Below are positions 40,398-53,461 of a stretch of DNA of 64,000 nt, piece by piece. The DNA is from a virus. How positions within the stretch are numbered: the stretch's first letter is position 1; the number at the start of each line of letters is the position of its first letter. Below the pieces are notes generated by a model. That model saw only the letters and a list, made by a program, of their open reading frames with translations. It ran no database searches and was not told the DNA's origin. The DNA is taken from IMG/VR virus record IMGVR_UViG_3300009499_000053; one strand, given 5' to 3'. A program made the position numbers and the translations under genes.

Positions 40398-43092
40398 ACA
40401 GGAGGATCTATTATTGCCGAATAAAAAAGAAACAAAAGATTTCGAGATGAAGTCAGAATACTGGGAAGTAACAATAGACAAGGCAGACCATTCTGAGATT
40501 AAGTACATCATCGTCTTCAAGGATAAGGTGATCCCAGTGGGAGAACTAAGAAAGCTTGAAGAGGCTATAAGGAAGGTTCTCGAAGCATGTGGCCGTATAG
40601 AGACTTTGCATCCTTCAAAACGCCAATAAATCTTGACAAATGCAAGGTCTGTGGTACCTATGTCTGTCTTGTACCAGTGACCTATGGCAATGCATTGTTT
40701 GGATACGTCTGTGGCCTCTGTGCAGGGATCCTATTCACGAAAGGGAACCTTAGAATAGGTTTCAACCCAAGCTCTAGAAACCCCTGGAGGATAGTGAAAG
40801 TAAAATGACAAAAGTAATACTTGAAGAAGATTCCTGGATTAGATGGATAGACAAAAAAGGCAATGGTACAATAAGAGTAGGTCAAGTTAAGAGACGAATA
40901 AAGGATAAGCCCTTTGATAGTCAGAATATAACAGTGGCTACTCCTAACTATGGAGAAACACAGTTAGATGTTAGTACAATCATAGAGGTCTTCCCTAAAA
41001 TAACAATAAGATTTAATCCTTCGGAGCGATAGAGATGAAACTACAAGGAATGTTCAAATGCCCTCAATGCGGAGGAGAGTTTGATGCATGCAGACCCAGT
41101 GGTCCTGGTAGAATCTGGGCTCATTGTGTAAGTTGTTCTCTAGTAGTTATTATAGAAGACTACAAACTCTGGCTAAGACGAGCACAGAGAAGAAAACAAC
41201 AAAAAACGGGAGTTCATGGTAGTAAATCGTATTCAGGAACGTTAGTCTACCCAGGTTTTGATACAGGGAAAACAAAGGAAATAGAGAAAAAGGAAAAGGA
41301 TGAATACAATCCAACGGAGAGATAATTAGATGCCTTATATAAAAGAAGAGGATCGTGTACCGATTAGTAGATATCTAAATGATCTGATAGCAATACTCAG
41401 AATCAAGACAGATAAGGGAAAACAAAGCAATGGTCAGGTAGTTTATGCTATCTATAGGATTATCAAGGAAGTCTATGGAGAAGGACGTTTTGAAGTAAAG
41501 AGTAATGCTTTGAAAGTCTTGGATGCTGCAGGTAAGGAATACTACAGACGAATCATGGTTCCGTACGAAAAAGAGAAGATCAAGGAAAATGGAGACGTCT
41601 AGTTTGGGTCTCAATTACTTTAAGTGTAAAATCTGTGGATTCTCTTTTCTAGAACTGTACAATCTTGAACACCATATGCTAACTTATCATAGGAAAGAAC
41701 ATACCCTAAAGAGGAAACAAGGTAACTTTGGTTGTTATTGGAGATGTTCCGAGTGTGGAATGGCATTCAAGAATGTGAAAACAGCTCTCAATCATTCAGG
41801 AGAAATGAATCATAATCCGACAGAGAGAATCGAACTGGATGGCTTTAATCCTTCGAGGAGATAATATGTGGGAATGTCCTTTCTGTGGTTCTGAGGCAGA
41901 GAGAGTCTTTCCTAGAGACTATACTTCGCGTTTAATCTATTGTCCAGTTTGTAAGGTTCATACTTCTCCAAACTAAAGATGGCAGAGAAAGAATTCAATC
42001 CAACAAAAAGAGGGGAAAATTAAATGAGTGATGAAGGAAAGAAAAAGATCAAGATAGACAGGTATAATCCAAGCTCTAGGAAGAACGAAATAATAGAGAT
42101 AGAGCAGGTACAAATAGGAACAGTAAAGTACAAAGACATTGGAGATAACTTTGAATGCCTTGTAGGGATAGAGACAGAAGATTCGGATGCTGGTTTGTAC
42201 AGAGGAAAGAGTGTAACTATGAACTCACCCAGGAGAATATCTAGGATTAGGTGGGATGTATCTAAACACCACAGCCTAGGAGATAGAGTAGATCTTAGTC
42301 CCAGAGATATTCAAGTCCTAGATGCAATCCTTCAATACCTAAAGAAAATGGGTTACCATGTGGGATAAGAAAGATGGGCAAAGTGAAAGACATACTAAAG
42401 AAACTTAGAGGAAAACAAGGGACTATTTCAGATCTAGAGATTCCACCGGATCATGTTAGATGTTCAAGGTGTAAAAAGACAGTTCCTAAGGGAAAGGCTA
42501 CTGTTGACCTAGAGGCCTCGACAAGACGTACAGAGGTATGGGTCTGTGATGGATGTTTCTTTGGACATGCAATCTAAGGAATACCCCTCTAATCTTCGGG
42601 GAAGACTCTCGGAACAGACCAGATGTGAAGTCTGTAAAGACTTTCTCAATGATTCTTGGTGTCTAACAAGCGTATGTCAGATTTGTTGTGAGAAGGGACG
42701 TTGTAGGAGAAAAGAACATTGTTGTGTCTATCCAGATATCCTAGTTCGTCTACAGTATCAGAAAAAAGAAAGTGTGATCTATAATCCATCTAAGAGGATA
42801 AAGATTTGACCCTTAAAAAGAGAGAATGTTATTACTGTAAGACAGATGTTACTGAGGGTGAACGTCTGAGGATCAGTTTAATGGCAGGAAAGGCTAAGTA
42901 TGTTGGTACTAGCTTACAAAGTAGTGGACAGCTTGAAAAGATTTATGTCTGTTCTGACTGTTCTAGAGATTACTTTGAACTCATAGTTATGGGACACAGT
43001 AATACGCACAATCACTTAAAGTTAATACTCCAAAGAATGATTCCTACTAAGAGAATAAAGAAAAGAGAATGGAACCCTACGGAGAGATAATC

Positions 43093-43503
43093 ATGAAAGC
43101 CTATGTTGATGGATCCTCTACTGGTCTCTACGGATATGAGATAACTACTCCAAGAAAGGAGAGGAGTCTTGTCAGAGACCATCCAATGACAAATAACCAA
43201 GCAGAATGGTTAGCTCTAGTTCATCTACTTATGAACCTAGAGCCCAGAACAAAGTTAACTATCTTCTCTGATTCTCAGATAGTTGTTAATCAGTTAATAG
43301 GGGCATGGGAGACTAGGGACAAGGAGATGCGACACCTTAAGGGAGTTGCTAGGGAACTAATAGAGATAAAGGAACTAAACGTTAAGATGATCTGGATTCC
43401 AAGGAAACAGAATGTCTTTGGTTGGTATCTAGATAAGATCATGAAACATCGTAGGAAGAAGAGAAGGAAGCGTAGAGAGAGGATAAGGAGAGGATATAAT
43501 TGA
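43093..43503 (+). CDS. rnhA: ribonuclease HI
   Basis: YVDGS, TNNQAEW.AL, SDSQIVVNQ, WIPR.QN. Confidence 0.88.
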   Translation: MKAYVDGSSTGLYGYEITTPRKERSLVRDHPMTNNQAEWLALVHLLMNLEPRTKLTIFSDSQIVVNQLIGAWETRDKEMRHLKGVARELIEIKELNVKMIWIPRKQNVFGWYLDKIMKHRRKKRRKRRERIRRGYN

Positions 43504-44711
43504 AAGAACTAAAAGAACTTCTAAAATCAGATAATCTAGTAATTATGGCTTGTCAGGAGTACCCAGGCTTTCCTGATGAAGTACACTTCTGGGGAGGAAT
43601 GGGTGTAGTTGCTCAGTCTATCTCTGAGAGACTAGTCAAGAGAGGCTATGAGGTCCTAGTCATTCCTCGAAGAGTAAAGGAGTATGGAGCCGAAGGTGTC
43701 TTCTATGACCAGAAGAATGAAGTTAATGTTCTAAGTTTACCTACTCAAGCATTCCAAGCAGGAAGTGAGAATGGTGATCTCTATCAGATCTATCCTACTC
43801 GTGCAGGAAGGTCTATCCTAGATCACACCTTCACAACATGGAGGTACTTAGAGAAAATAGGGATGAAGGATCCTATCTTCCACTGCCATGATTGGTTAGA
43901 AGTAGGTACACTCAGGATGTCCAAGAAGAGTGGCTTCCGAAACATCTTAACAGTTCATATGTCTGCCATTAGAACAGAAGATAGGGTGGAAGCAGATAAA
44001 CGTCTAGAACTAGAACGACTGGCAGGAGGTTATGCTGATAAGATCCATTATGTCTCCTTAGCTCAGATGAACTCTTGTAGGTTGTATCACTGGAATCATG
44101 ATAAGAGACACTATGTCATAAAGAATGGTGTAGACATCAATAAGTTTACCCCACCTAAGGAACAACCTATAGGAGACTATGTCTTCTTTGTAGGGAGACT
44201 TACTCCTGTGAAGAATGTTACTGCCCTAGTAAATGGATGGAGACTCTTCAATAATAAATACCCAGGAGTAGAACTAAAGATCCTAGGAGCATCAGGTATC
44301 TCTAACATAGACGTTATGCAGGCTATTGAGAAGTTAGAACCTAATCGGAGAAACAAGGTAGAACTTAGGATTGAGATGGTCTCAGAGGAAGAAAGACTAA
44401 GGTACTACCGGAACTCTACTGTGTGTTGCTTCCCAAGTTCCCAAGAAGCATTTGGTATTGTAGCTGTAGAAGCACAATCCTGTGGAAAGCCTGTAGTAGT
44501 TGGAGATGTAGGTGGCTTTAAGGAGAATGTCCTAGAGGGAGTTACTGGTGTTCATGTCCAGGGTCACATTCCTGAGGAAATAGCTAGAGGTTTAGAACTA
44601 GCCTTCCTTAACAGAAAAGCATGGGGAAAGAACGCTAGGAAATTGGTCAAAGGTTTCTTTTCATGGGATAACCTGATAGATAACTATGTAGAGGAGTTGT
44701 ATGAAGAATGA
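43500..44711 (+). CDS. glycosyltransferase family 4
   Basis: WGGMG, HCHDW, NGVD, FVGRL..KN, EAFGIVAVEAQSCG. Confidence 0.92.
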   Translation: MKELKELLKSDNLVIMACQEYPGFPDEVHFWGGMGVVAQSISERLVKRGYEVLVIPRRVKEYGAEGVFYDQKNEVNVLSLPTQAFQAGSENGDLYQIYPTRAGRSILDHTFTTWRYLEKIGMKDPIFHCHDWLEVGTLRMSKKSGFRNILTVHMSAIRTEDRVEADKRLELERLAGGYADKIHYVSLAQMNSCRLYHWNHDKRHYVIKNGVDINKFTPPKEQPIGDYVFFVGRLTPVKNVTALVNGWRLFNNKYPGVELKILGASGISNIDVMQAIEKLEPNRRNKVELRIEMVSEEERLRYYRNSTVCCFPSSQEAFGIVAVEAQSCGKPVVVGDVGGFKENVLEGVTGVHVQGHIPEEIARGLELAFLNRKAWGKNARKLVKGFFSWDNLIDNYVEELYEE

Positions 44712-47349
44712 GATTCAAAAGGAAAAAGACCAAGACTTATATCAAGATAGAGTTTGATAAAAAGACTCAGGAGATTAGGATAGAAGTAGAACCAGAGACT
44801 GTAAGACCTACTGAGATAATCCAGACTCTTATGCTAGCAATAAACGTTATAAGCCAGACTCTACAAAAGGAGTTAAAGGCGAAGAAAGAAAAGAAGAAAC
44901 CAAAGAAGTTGGGATATATTGGATGACTGGACATCACGGACATTCAGTTAATGAGACTAAGGCAAGATCCTTACTTAAGGCAATATCAGGAAGGGTAATT
45001 GAGATTGCTGTAGGAACCCTAGTCTTTGGAACAATAATCTCTATATTCTTTCCAAGTATTCCTAGTCCCTTTATAGCAGGGCTTGGTTTTAATCTATTAG
45101 AGGAAACAGTCTGTTTTATAGTAACCTATGGTACTGAAAGAGTATGGAATAAAGTATCCTGGGGAAGGAAGGTGTTAGATAAAATTGTCATACATGGATC
45201 CAGAGAAGAAGAAGATAGCACAGAAAGCTAAGTGGAGACACTACTATATCTGTAGAATATGCAAGAAGAAGTACAGAGGACGGAAACGATGTTCTAGATG
45301 TGGGTCTAGTAATAGAAGGGAAATACATCATGATGCCAGAAAGAAAGGAAGAAACTGATACGGGGATAGTTAATCTCCTCTGTGAGGAATGCGGAAGGAT
45401 TACCCCTCATATCTTAGAGGAGAGAGGTAGAACTAAGAAGGTTGCAATCTGTGTCCTCTGTGAAGAAGAAGTTGGAATCTTAGGAACAGAGACAGAAGAA
45501 TGAAAGATCAATATGGTAGACTACTTCAGTGTCCTCAGTGTCGTGGATATATGATTATAGGAGTCCATGTACCTTTTGCTTCTAGCAGACATCGATGCAC
45601 AGATTGTGGTTATAAGGGTAGGGAAGAGTCCTTTAGGGCTGTTCCAGCTAAGGCTGTAATTGAATACTTTAATCCATCGGAGAGATAGTAATGAAAAATA
45701 GAACCCTTTCATCTAAGAAGAAGACACTTGACTTTGATAAGATAGAGATAATCATCAGAAGTCTAACCCTAGACGAGTTGACTATAGTCCTTGGAAAGAT
45801 AAAGAACGGTCCTCTTCATGGAGCAAAGCAGGCACTTGAATATGGAATAGTATCTCCTCCCAGTATCAAGAATAATCCTGGAAGATTAAACGCTGAGATT
45901 GCACTTGTTGTTGCAACAGAGATTCTAACACTATCAGGACTATATGAGAAACCCCCCTATAACCCCTCCGAGAGATAAGTATGGGCTTCATTTCATCATC
46001 AACAGTAGAGTTTAAAAAGGCAAAGTACCCAAAGCTCACGATGGAAACTATCTGTGCTAACTGTGGAACAATGGGTTGGAAGACTATGATGAGGAAAACG
46101 GGTAGACTATGGGTCTGTAATAGCTGTTGGAAACTATTCAAAGAAGAGATAATGAACCAAAAGACCGACAATGTAACAGTTAGGAAAAGAAGGTTTAATC
46201 CATCGGAGAGGTACTGATGGAAACCACATGTTCCTTTTGTGGAAGGAAATCTAAGATTACTACGATAATCAGTAGTTTCTTTATTTGTGAGAGATGTCAT
46301 CTAGAGTATGAAAAGACAAAAGCTGGAATGACTACAATGGAAAAGTATAAAGATAAACGATTTAACCCATCGGAGAGATAAAAATGGAATGTCCAACCTG
46401 TAATAAGGAGAGTCAACCTCTCTGTCCATTCTATGATGGATGTAAATATAGACATTCACAGCTCCAAGCAGAGAGGGTTTGCTGGAAGACACCACACTAC
46501 TGTGACATCTATAGAAAGAAGAACAGAAGAGCACCCCCGACAGAACGAGAGGAGGAGTTTAATCCTTCAGAGAGGGATAATGATGTTGATATGTAGTGAG
46601 TGTCTTATGGACTATAAGCTCTCCAAACCAATGTTCCTTACCTCAAGGAGTAAAAGTCTTTGTGAAGATTGTAATCGGATCAGAACTTGTTTTAATATTC
46701 CTGCAAGTGTATACTCTTACAAGGATCTAAGGGACGTTAAGATACTAGAGAGAAAGAGAAAGAAATCATTCAACCCTTCGGAGAGGTAAGAATTGGGTGG
46801 ACGAGTTAGTTGGGAAGATGCGTATACACCTTGTAAGAAAGCGATAGTACCTTTATATGGGGAGAAGAAGAAAGTAAAGTATAGTTATTGTAATGACTGT
46901 CAGTTTTCTTTTGAGAGGAAGAGTCGGAGGAAAGATTGTCCCAAGTGTGGATCCTATAACATTTCTTTTATGGGAGGGAGTTTTGTCCCAGTAAAGGGGA
47001 TGTATTGGAATCCTTCAGAGAGATGAGGAGGAATGAGGAATTAATGCCTTGCAAACGGTTACCAAATGAGACACTTAAAGAATATAGGAAAAGAAGAGCT
47101 ATAGAATACAAAAAGAGAATACAGGGATACTTCAGCTCAATTGATGAAGCCTTTGGTGACGCTATGGGAGACAATAAGAAATCCTTCAAAAAAGCCTTTG
47201 AATCCAGTACAGGTGTTAAGGTCAACGAGAAGACAAGAGTTAAAGTTAATCAGATAACAGATACAGAAGATGGTTGTAAACGTTATGATGGAAACAGAAA
47301 AGAATCATCTAAAAAGGTCAATGAAATAACAGATAAAGAGGAATGAGAA

Positions 47350-48846
47350 ATGGAAAACATATGGAAAGTAGATATGAATCGTCTAATAAAACTAGTAGCA
47401 GAGAGAATGTATAGTGATCCAATTAAAGCAGGAATAAGAGAACTAATCACAAATAGTCTAGACGCTCGGGTAGGACAGGTAACGATCCGGATAGACTATG
47501 ATGATATTCAGAAGACATTACATTATTCAGACTCAGGAATAGGAATAGATCCTAAGACCTTTAAGGATATCTATGGCAAGATAGCATCAGGCCATAAGAG
47601 ACGTAAGAACTCCAGAGGCTTCTTTGGTATAGGGAGAATGTCCCTAATTGCTGCATCTAAGAAAGGAATGATAGTATCCTACAAGGATAATAGAGTCTAT
47701 ACCTGGTTCTTTAACAAGAAGGGATGGAATGGACCTGAGGTACAGGATGATGAGGATAAGATAGGCCATGGAGTCTACATCTATTTCAATGGTATAGAGA
47801 TAGAGGATCTAGGAGAGATGGAGCTATGGATCCAGAAGACTTTTTCTGTTCCCCTAGCGAGAAAGGAATGTACCATCCAGTTCCAGATGGGGAGTATTTC
47901 TAGTCTAATTGATGATCAGTGGACTGTGTACCCTGAGATTAAGACTAAGAATGGTCCAATTCTGTTCTATGCTAAGGAACAGACAGATGGAACTCTTCAT
48001 GTATGTCAGAAGGGAATCTTAGTAAAGGAAGAGAGTTATACCGGTCTAACTGTGTTCGCAGACCAGAGCTTCTTAGAGATTAAGACAGATAGGGAAGGTT
48101 TTATTAATAATGCTAAGTATCGTCAGTTCAACTCTATTGTGAAGAAGGAACTGGCTAAGATAAGACCACAGAAGAGCTTCAAGAAGATGGAAGTGCATTT
48201 CATTCGTAGACTTATGAAGGAGTTTAAGAAGTATTGGCTTGTCCAGGCAAAGAAGACTGATCCTGTTCTGGAGAAAGTAATACTAGAGTTTCCTAAGACA
48301 GGGAAAGAGTTAGTTACAGATAAACCAGAGACTAAGGAGACTATTCCACTTATTGATCAGCCAGGGTTTGAAGAGGTCAAGAAAGAACTAGAACTATGGG
48401 ACAATGTACCAAGTGAAGGACTAGATGGACCTTTCCCACCACCAGAAGGACAAGAACACAAGGAAGGAACAAAGAGCACCGAGGTTATCAAGGCTGAAGA
48501 TGTAGAAGGGGATAGAGCAGGTTACAGTACAGCTGCAGAAGCAGAAGACAATAAAATAATCAAGGAGAAGACGGTAGTAATAAAAGGAGCTAAACCCGTT
48601 GATCTTGGAGAGGATTATCCAATGGTCTTCTTTGAGACTGATCCATTCATACTTGTCTTCAATACCTCACATCCAGTCTTTAAACAACTGGTAGAGAAGG
48701 GGAAACTTAGCTCTGCTCAGTTAGCTGTTCTATTTGAGAGGATGTTTGAGTGTGCATACACTGATCGTTTCCCAGTAGAATCACCCGAAGAGTTGAAGAA
48801 AAGATGGAAGGAAGTCGATCTGAAACTCAAGGAAATATTCAAGTAG
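47350..48846 (+). CDS. GHKL (Hsp90/MORC-like) ATPase
   Basis: RELITNSLDA, DSGIGI, GFFGIG. Confidence 0.85.
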   Translation: MENIWKVDMNRLIKLVAERMYSDPIKAGIRELITNSLDARVGQVTIRIDYDDIQKTLHYSDSGIGIDPKTFKDIYGKIASGHKRRKNSRGFFGIGRMSLIAASKKGMIVSYKDNRVYTWFFNKKGWNGPEVQDDEDKIGHGVYIYFNGIEIEDLGEMELWIQKTFSVPLARKECTIQFQMGSISSLIDDQWTVYPEIKTKNGPILFYAKEQTDGTLHVCQKGILVKEESYTGLTVFADQSFLEIKTDREGFINNAKYRQFNSIVKKELAKIRPQKSFKKMEVHFIRRLMKEFKKYWLVQAKKTDPVLEKVILEFPKTGKELVTDKPETKETIPLIDQPGFEEVKKELELWDNVPSEGLDGPFPPPEGQEHKEGTKSTEVIKAEDVEGDRAGYSTAAEAEDNKIIKEKTVVIKGAKPVDLGEDYPMVFFETDPFILVFNTSHPVFKQLVEKGKLSSAQLAVLFERMFECAYTDRFPVESPEELKKRWKEVDLKLKEIFK

Positions 48847-49662
48847 ACTTCAACCCCTCAGAGAGAAAGGACAGACGAAAGAGGGTACTTAAGGCCCTTA
48901 AGGTTCTGGAGAGTACAGAGTATCTAACTGAGGAAGAATGGGATAAACTTAGTAGATTAAGGGAAAAGTCACGAAGGAGAGACTTTGTAAGATGGATGAA
49001 AAACCGAGGACTAAAGTAGGAAGAAGGACTTTACAGAAGAAGTACTGGGAATCAGATATCCACTGTACCATGAATCATAAGGAAGTGAAGATCTTCTCTA
49101 CTGAATTCTGGCCTACATTATTTGGGTCTTCAGATTTAGATCTAATAGGAGCAAAGGGAACGTGGACTAATATTCCAGGATTTACTCTCTATTTCCAACC
49201 TAGTACAGAAGTAGTAATTGATTCGATAGTAGTATCCCTAAAGAGGAATGGTAGAACTTGGTTCATAGTTAAGAAGAAAATCATACCTGAGATTAAGATG
49301 CAATCTCAAGATACATTTAGACTAACAATACAAATGGATGAGTCATGGAATGGTAAGTAAGAAGAGAAAGGTAATATTAACCTTCAATCCTTCATCTAGA
49401 AACCCAGTTACATTAGATGAGGATGGGTTGGACTTCATTGAAAGTACAATCCGAAACGCAGGAATAAAGTTTGCTGATGAACAGGATAAGCAGACCATGA
49501 TTATCCTTATGGGGATAATTAGGAAGAAACTTAAACATGAATCTGACTTTGCTCAGAAACTTAGAGAGTTTCTAGAGATAGATAAGTTGATACAGGAGAA
49601 TAAGGTTGAATGGTGTGTTAAGCAATGACAGAACCAGCCTTTAGACATGGGAAGTATGAAGA

Positions 49663-50274
49663 TTGACTAAAAGATCTAGTGTTTCTACTGAACTTGTTAC
49701 CTACAGATGTCCTTCTTGTAAGACCTTTAATAAGCCGTATTTCCATAACAGAAAGGGAATTGCCTTTACTCTATGTTCAGAGTGTAAGGCTCAGTATAAG
49801 ACAAGTACTAAGGCATCTGCTAGCTTCCGTAAGTTCTCCTCAAGACATGGAAGAAAGCCTAACCGAAGTCCTATCCACTACTCCTCATCTGAACGTTCAG
49901 GAAAGAAGTTCCTAGAGAAGTTAGGGTTAGTAGAGGGATTTGACTTCTTCCATAACCCACGAGTAGAGACGGTAAGTGTAAATGGAAGGAAGATGTACTA
50001 CTGGTTAGACTTCGTAGTTCCTGCAGTTAAACTTGTGATAGAGATCTCTCCTGAGATGTGGCACAGGTTAGATGGTGTTCCTGAGAAGGATGAGAGGAAA
50101 CGTAAGTTCATAGAGGATCTCGGTTGGACTCTTATTGATCTGAAGACTGCTGATGTCAGACGTCTAAATAGAACAAGACCTAACTCTTCTAAGAGAACCA
50201 AGGTGTGTAGGGAACTTGATAAGATACTTAAATTAAAAGAACAAGGGAAAAGAGGTGAAACTAAGTGTTGTTGA
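49663..50274 (+). CDS. Zn-ribbon plus DUF559/Vsr-like endonuclease
   Basis: CPSC..CSEC; SSE..LDF..LVIEI....WH..KDERKR...GW. Confidence 0.7.
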   Translation: MTKRSSVSTELVTYRCPSCKTFNKPYFHNRKGIAFTLCSECKAQYKTSTKASASFRKFSSRHGRKPNRSPIHYSSSERSGKKFLEKLGLVEGFDFFHNPRVETVSVNGRKMYYWLDFVVPAVKLVIEISPEMWHRLDGVPEKDERKRKFIEDLGWTLIDLKTADVRRLNRTRPNSSKRTKVCRELDKILKLKEQGKRGETKCC

Positions 50275-50476
50275 CTATCATTATTGTAGCCTTTATCATA
50301 AGTCTATTAGTTACTTACCGAAACTACAGAAAGGTTAGGGCCAGAGCAGAACCCTATAATCCATTCAAAGAAACTAGAATGAAAGTTAAAGTAGGCTGTA
50401 CTAAGTGTAACTACACAAAGACTAGAGCCTTTAAACACTCTGAGTACATCTTCCAAGAGATTGGTAAGTGTCCTAA

Positions 50477-51013
50477 GTGTGGAAAGACTACAATAATAAA
50501 GGGAATATACCATCAGAAAAAGAAATCAAGAAAGGAAATAAAGTGGGAAAAATGGCTAGCGCAGTGGCAGTAAAGAAAAAGGAAAGAATAGGATTTGACT
50601 TTGATAATACACTGACTAGGCTGCCATTTCCTTTTAGTTTCCTAAATAGGGTATTCAACTGTGCTCAGACACCTAGGTTTATCTATGAAGTCTACTTTAA
50701 TGTAATGATTAGATTGCCTATATTCCTGAATCATAAGAAACTCAAGGTTATTAAACTGTTCTCAGATCAGTATGACATGTTTATTATTACTGGAAGATGG
50801 AATGGTGAAGTACCGATAACTTACCTTCTAGATAAGTATGGGTACTTTGTAGCATTTAAGGGAATCTATGCACCCCATCCACCTCCTAGGGTATCTATTC
50901 AATCATTCAAATGGTATAACTGTAGAAGACTGGATCTTGATTGGTACTTTGAGGATAACTACTATACTATCTATTACCTATGGAAGAGGGGCATAAAGGT
51001 AGTGAGGGTTTAG
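50477..51013 (+). CDS. HAD-family phosphatase (5'-nucleotidase-like)
   Basis: FDFDNT, ITGR, K, FEDN. Confidence 0.75.
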   Translation: MWKDYNNKGNIPSEKEIKKGNKVGKMASAVAVKKKERIGFDFDNTLTRLPFPFSFLNRVFNCAQTPRFIYEVYFNVMIRLPIFLNHKKLKVIKLFSDQYDMFIITGRWNGEVPITYLLDKYGYFVAFKGIYAPHPPPRVSIQSFKWYNCRRLDLDWYFEDNYYTIYYLWKRGIKVVRV

Positions 51014-51877
51014 AATGAAATGTGTAGATAAGAAAGGTCATGAATATGGCTTCGTAGGTTACATGGTAGTCTGTGAAGAGATTCAGGGAAAGACAGAGAA
51101 AGGACGAAGAACGCCACAACCAGGAACCGCAGGGCCTGTTATTCTTAAACTACCTGAACACTTCTCTGCAAAGATAGAAGTCTGGCAATGTCTTAAGTGT
51201 GGTCACATTAAATTAGCTCCTGCTGTCTTTACGAGGTTATAGAGATGAAGTACCATAGAATTGCGAAGCAGTGTCCATTCTGTCCCACTATTAAATCAGC
51301 TTATACCTTTAAGACATTTCATGGATTACGTAAGCACATCCTCCAATGGCATCTTCAAACAAAGAAAAGAAGGAGTTGGTATATTTGGTCAAGAGGACGG
51401 GGAAGATTCCCGAACAAAGAGAAACCTGCTTTCATCAGAGTCTATAAAGTGAAGTACTCTGAATATCGTGATATTCCTGTAAATGGGATGGCTCACGTAG
51501 AAGCAATAGTTCAAGATCACTGTAAAGAATTTAATCCATCTATGAGGGGGATAAAAGTATGGCCGATGAATTAGATCAGAACTGGTATCCAGAGTATGTC
51601 TACATTAATGAGGAAGTAAACCGTCTCTATGATAAGGAGAGAGAAAGGATTACTCAGAAGATCACTAATCGTAAGACAAAAAGGACTCTAAGGAAGAACC
51701 TTCAACTTATTAGGATCTTTCTTCCAGAGAAGGATTTTAAGTTCCTAGAGAAGCACAAGGCCTTTAGGAAGTTACATAATCTTGGGGGAATCCCCGTAGT
51801 CAAGATCAAGGAAGATAAGATCAGGATAGATACTGAGGTAGTTAATCCTAGGAAACGAAAGAGGAAGACGGTTATTT

Positions 51878-52252
51878 ATGTCAGGGAAGACAAATAAGAG
51901 ACCCTTCGCATCTTTCAAGATAACCTTTCGAAACCCTAACTCTATGCACATGTTCCATGATGATGAGGGGATAACAAAGAACATGATCATTGATGTAGTA
52001 AGGAATGCTACAGAGTATAGGAAGGATCCTAGGAAACTTAGAAAGAGAATACGACTCTTCCATATTACTAAACACTTAACAGAAAGGGTCAGAATAACAG
52101 TTGTCTTTCAGATGTTTCCGAATAGAATTCATATCCTAAATGCCTGGTTAGGTTCCTTTCACCATAAGAATCTGTATGAGAAGATAGGAATAAAGGGCGA
52201 AGAAATAAAAGAGATGTGGAAAGAGAAAACAGGAGAGAAAGGCAATGACTAA
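51878..52252 (+). CDS. BrnT/RelE-like ribonuclease-fold protein
   Basis: H..GIT...I..V..N...ITVVF....IHILNAW. Confidence 0.4.
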   Translation: MSGKTNKRPFASFKITFRNPNSMHMFHDDEGITKNMIIDVVRNATEYRKDPRKLRKRIRLFHITKHLTERVRITVVFQMFPNRIHILNAWLGSFHHKNLYEKIGIKGEEIKEMWKEKTGEKGND

Positions 52253-53461
52253 AGATAGGCCCAGTTGGTACGCCTCAAGATGGAGAAGCTCCTATAATTG
52301 GGATACCAATAAATCAACAGTTCTGCATGAGAAACCAATTCGTTGTCCTTACTGTGGATATTATATGGGATTCCATATAACAACAGGATATGGATCACAT
52401 TCCTCTGACAATTACTGGATTTGTCATCAATGTCGAATGAGTTTACCAAATCAACTAGACTTCAGACCTGAGTTTCTTGAAGGGGCTAGGAAGAACTACC
52501 GTAAACATCTGAAGAATGAAATGGAGAATACGAAAGGAAAGTTTGATAGACTGAAAAACCTTTATAACCAATATGGAGTATACTTTACTAAAGAGGAGAA
52601 ACGTGACAGGCTGATAGAGACGATTGAGGAACAGGGGAATAAGAATGCAATACAAGAATAAGGATAAAACGAATCCTACTTCAAAGGACTTCGGGGCATC
52701 TATGCATACCCCTACCAAAGTTCTAAAGGAAGCCAAGCAAGCTAACAGAGGAAAGAGAGTAATGAGGAAGGTCTTTGACGCAAGGAGATACCCTGATAGG
52801 GAGTCAATAGACTTAGGTGTCTGTTGGATGTGTTGGATGGATCTTACAGAGGAACCATTAGAGAAGTGGAGAAGAGAACCCTACAGCTTTGTTATCCCTC
52901 ATGATCAAGTTTGTCCCTTATGTGGATACATGCACTGGAAGGGAAGGATATGGTATCCATTTAGGTTCATTAGAGGTTATATTGGTAATCCATCAAGTAG
53001 ACATGGAATTAGGGGAAGGAAGTAAGATGATGAAGAAGTGTAGTTTATGTAAGAAGGAGATCTGGTGTTGGACAGAGATCGATGGTAAAGCAGTGTGTAA
53101 TGACTGCAGAGAAAATAATGTCTGCACAGGGAAGAAAGGGAAACCTAAGCCTATAGTGAAAGTCCATAAACCCAGAAAGAAACCTTGGCTTAGGATAATC
53201 ATTCGTAGATCTTGGAGTAAACCTTGGATAAAGTTTGTACTCAGGAAGAAGAAGGGAGATGAGAGATGATGAGTAACAAGGTAAGACAGAGAACAAGTAA
53301 CCGTGTAATGCAATGCCCCAGATGTGGTTCCAAGGATCTTGAAGAGGTAGTTTGTTGTGGGGGTAAGACAAACTACAAATGTAAGAAGTGTAAGCTTCTC
53401 TCAAGATCTAAAGATGTAAAGAGAGGAGAATTGCCCTCCCAAAATAAGGAGAAAAAAGATA

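Noticed and set aside
45668-47026. NPSER copies as a DNA repeat (attC-like site, CRISPR repeat or RBS)
   Set aside because: Third positions vary freely, Ser switches between TCN and AGY elsewhere, spacing is irregular, and there is no palindrome. GGAG could serve as an RBS in some copies but cannot explain FNP.
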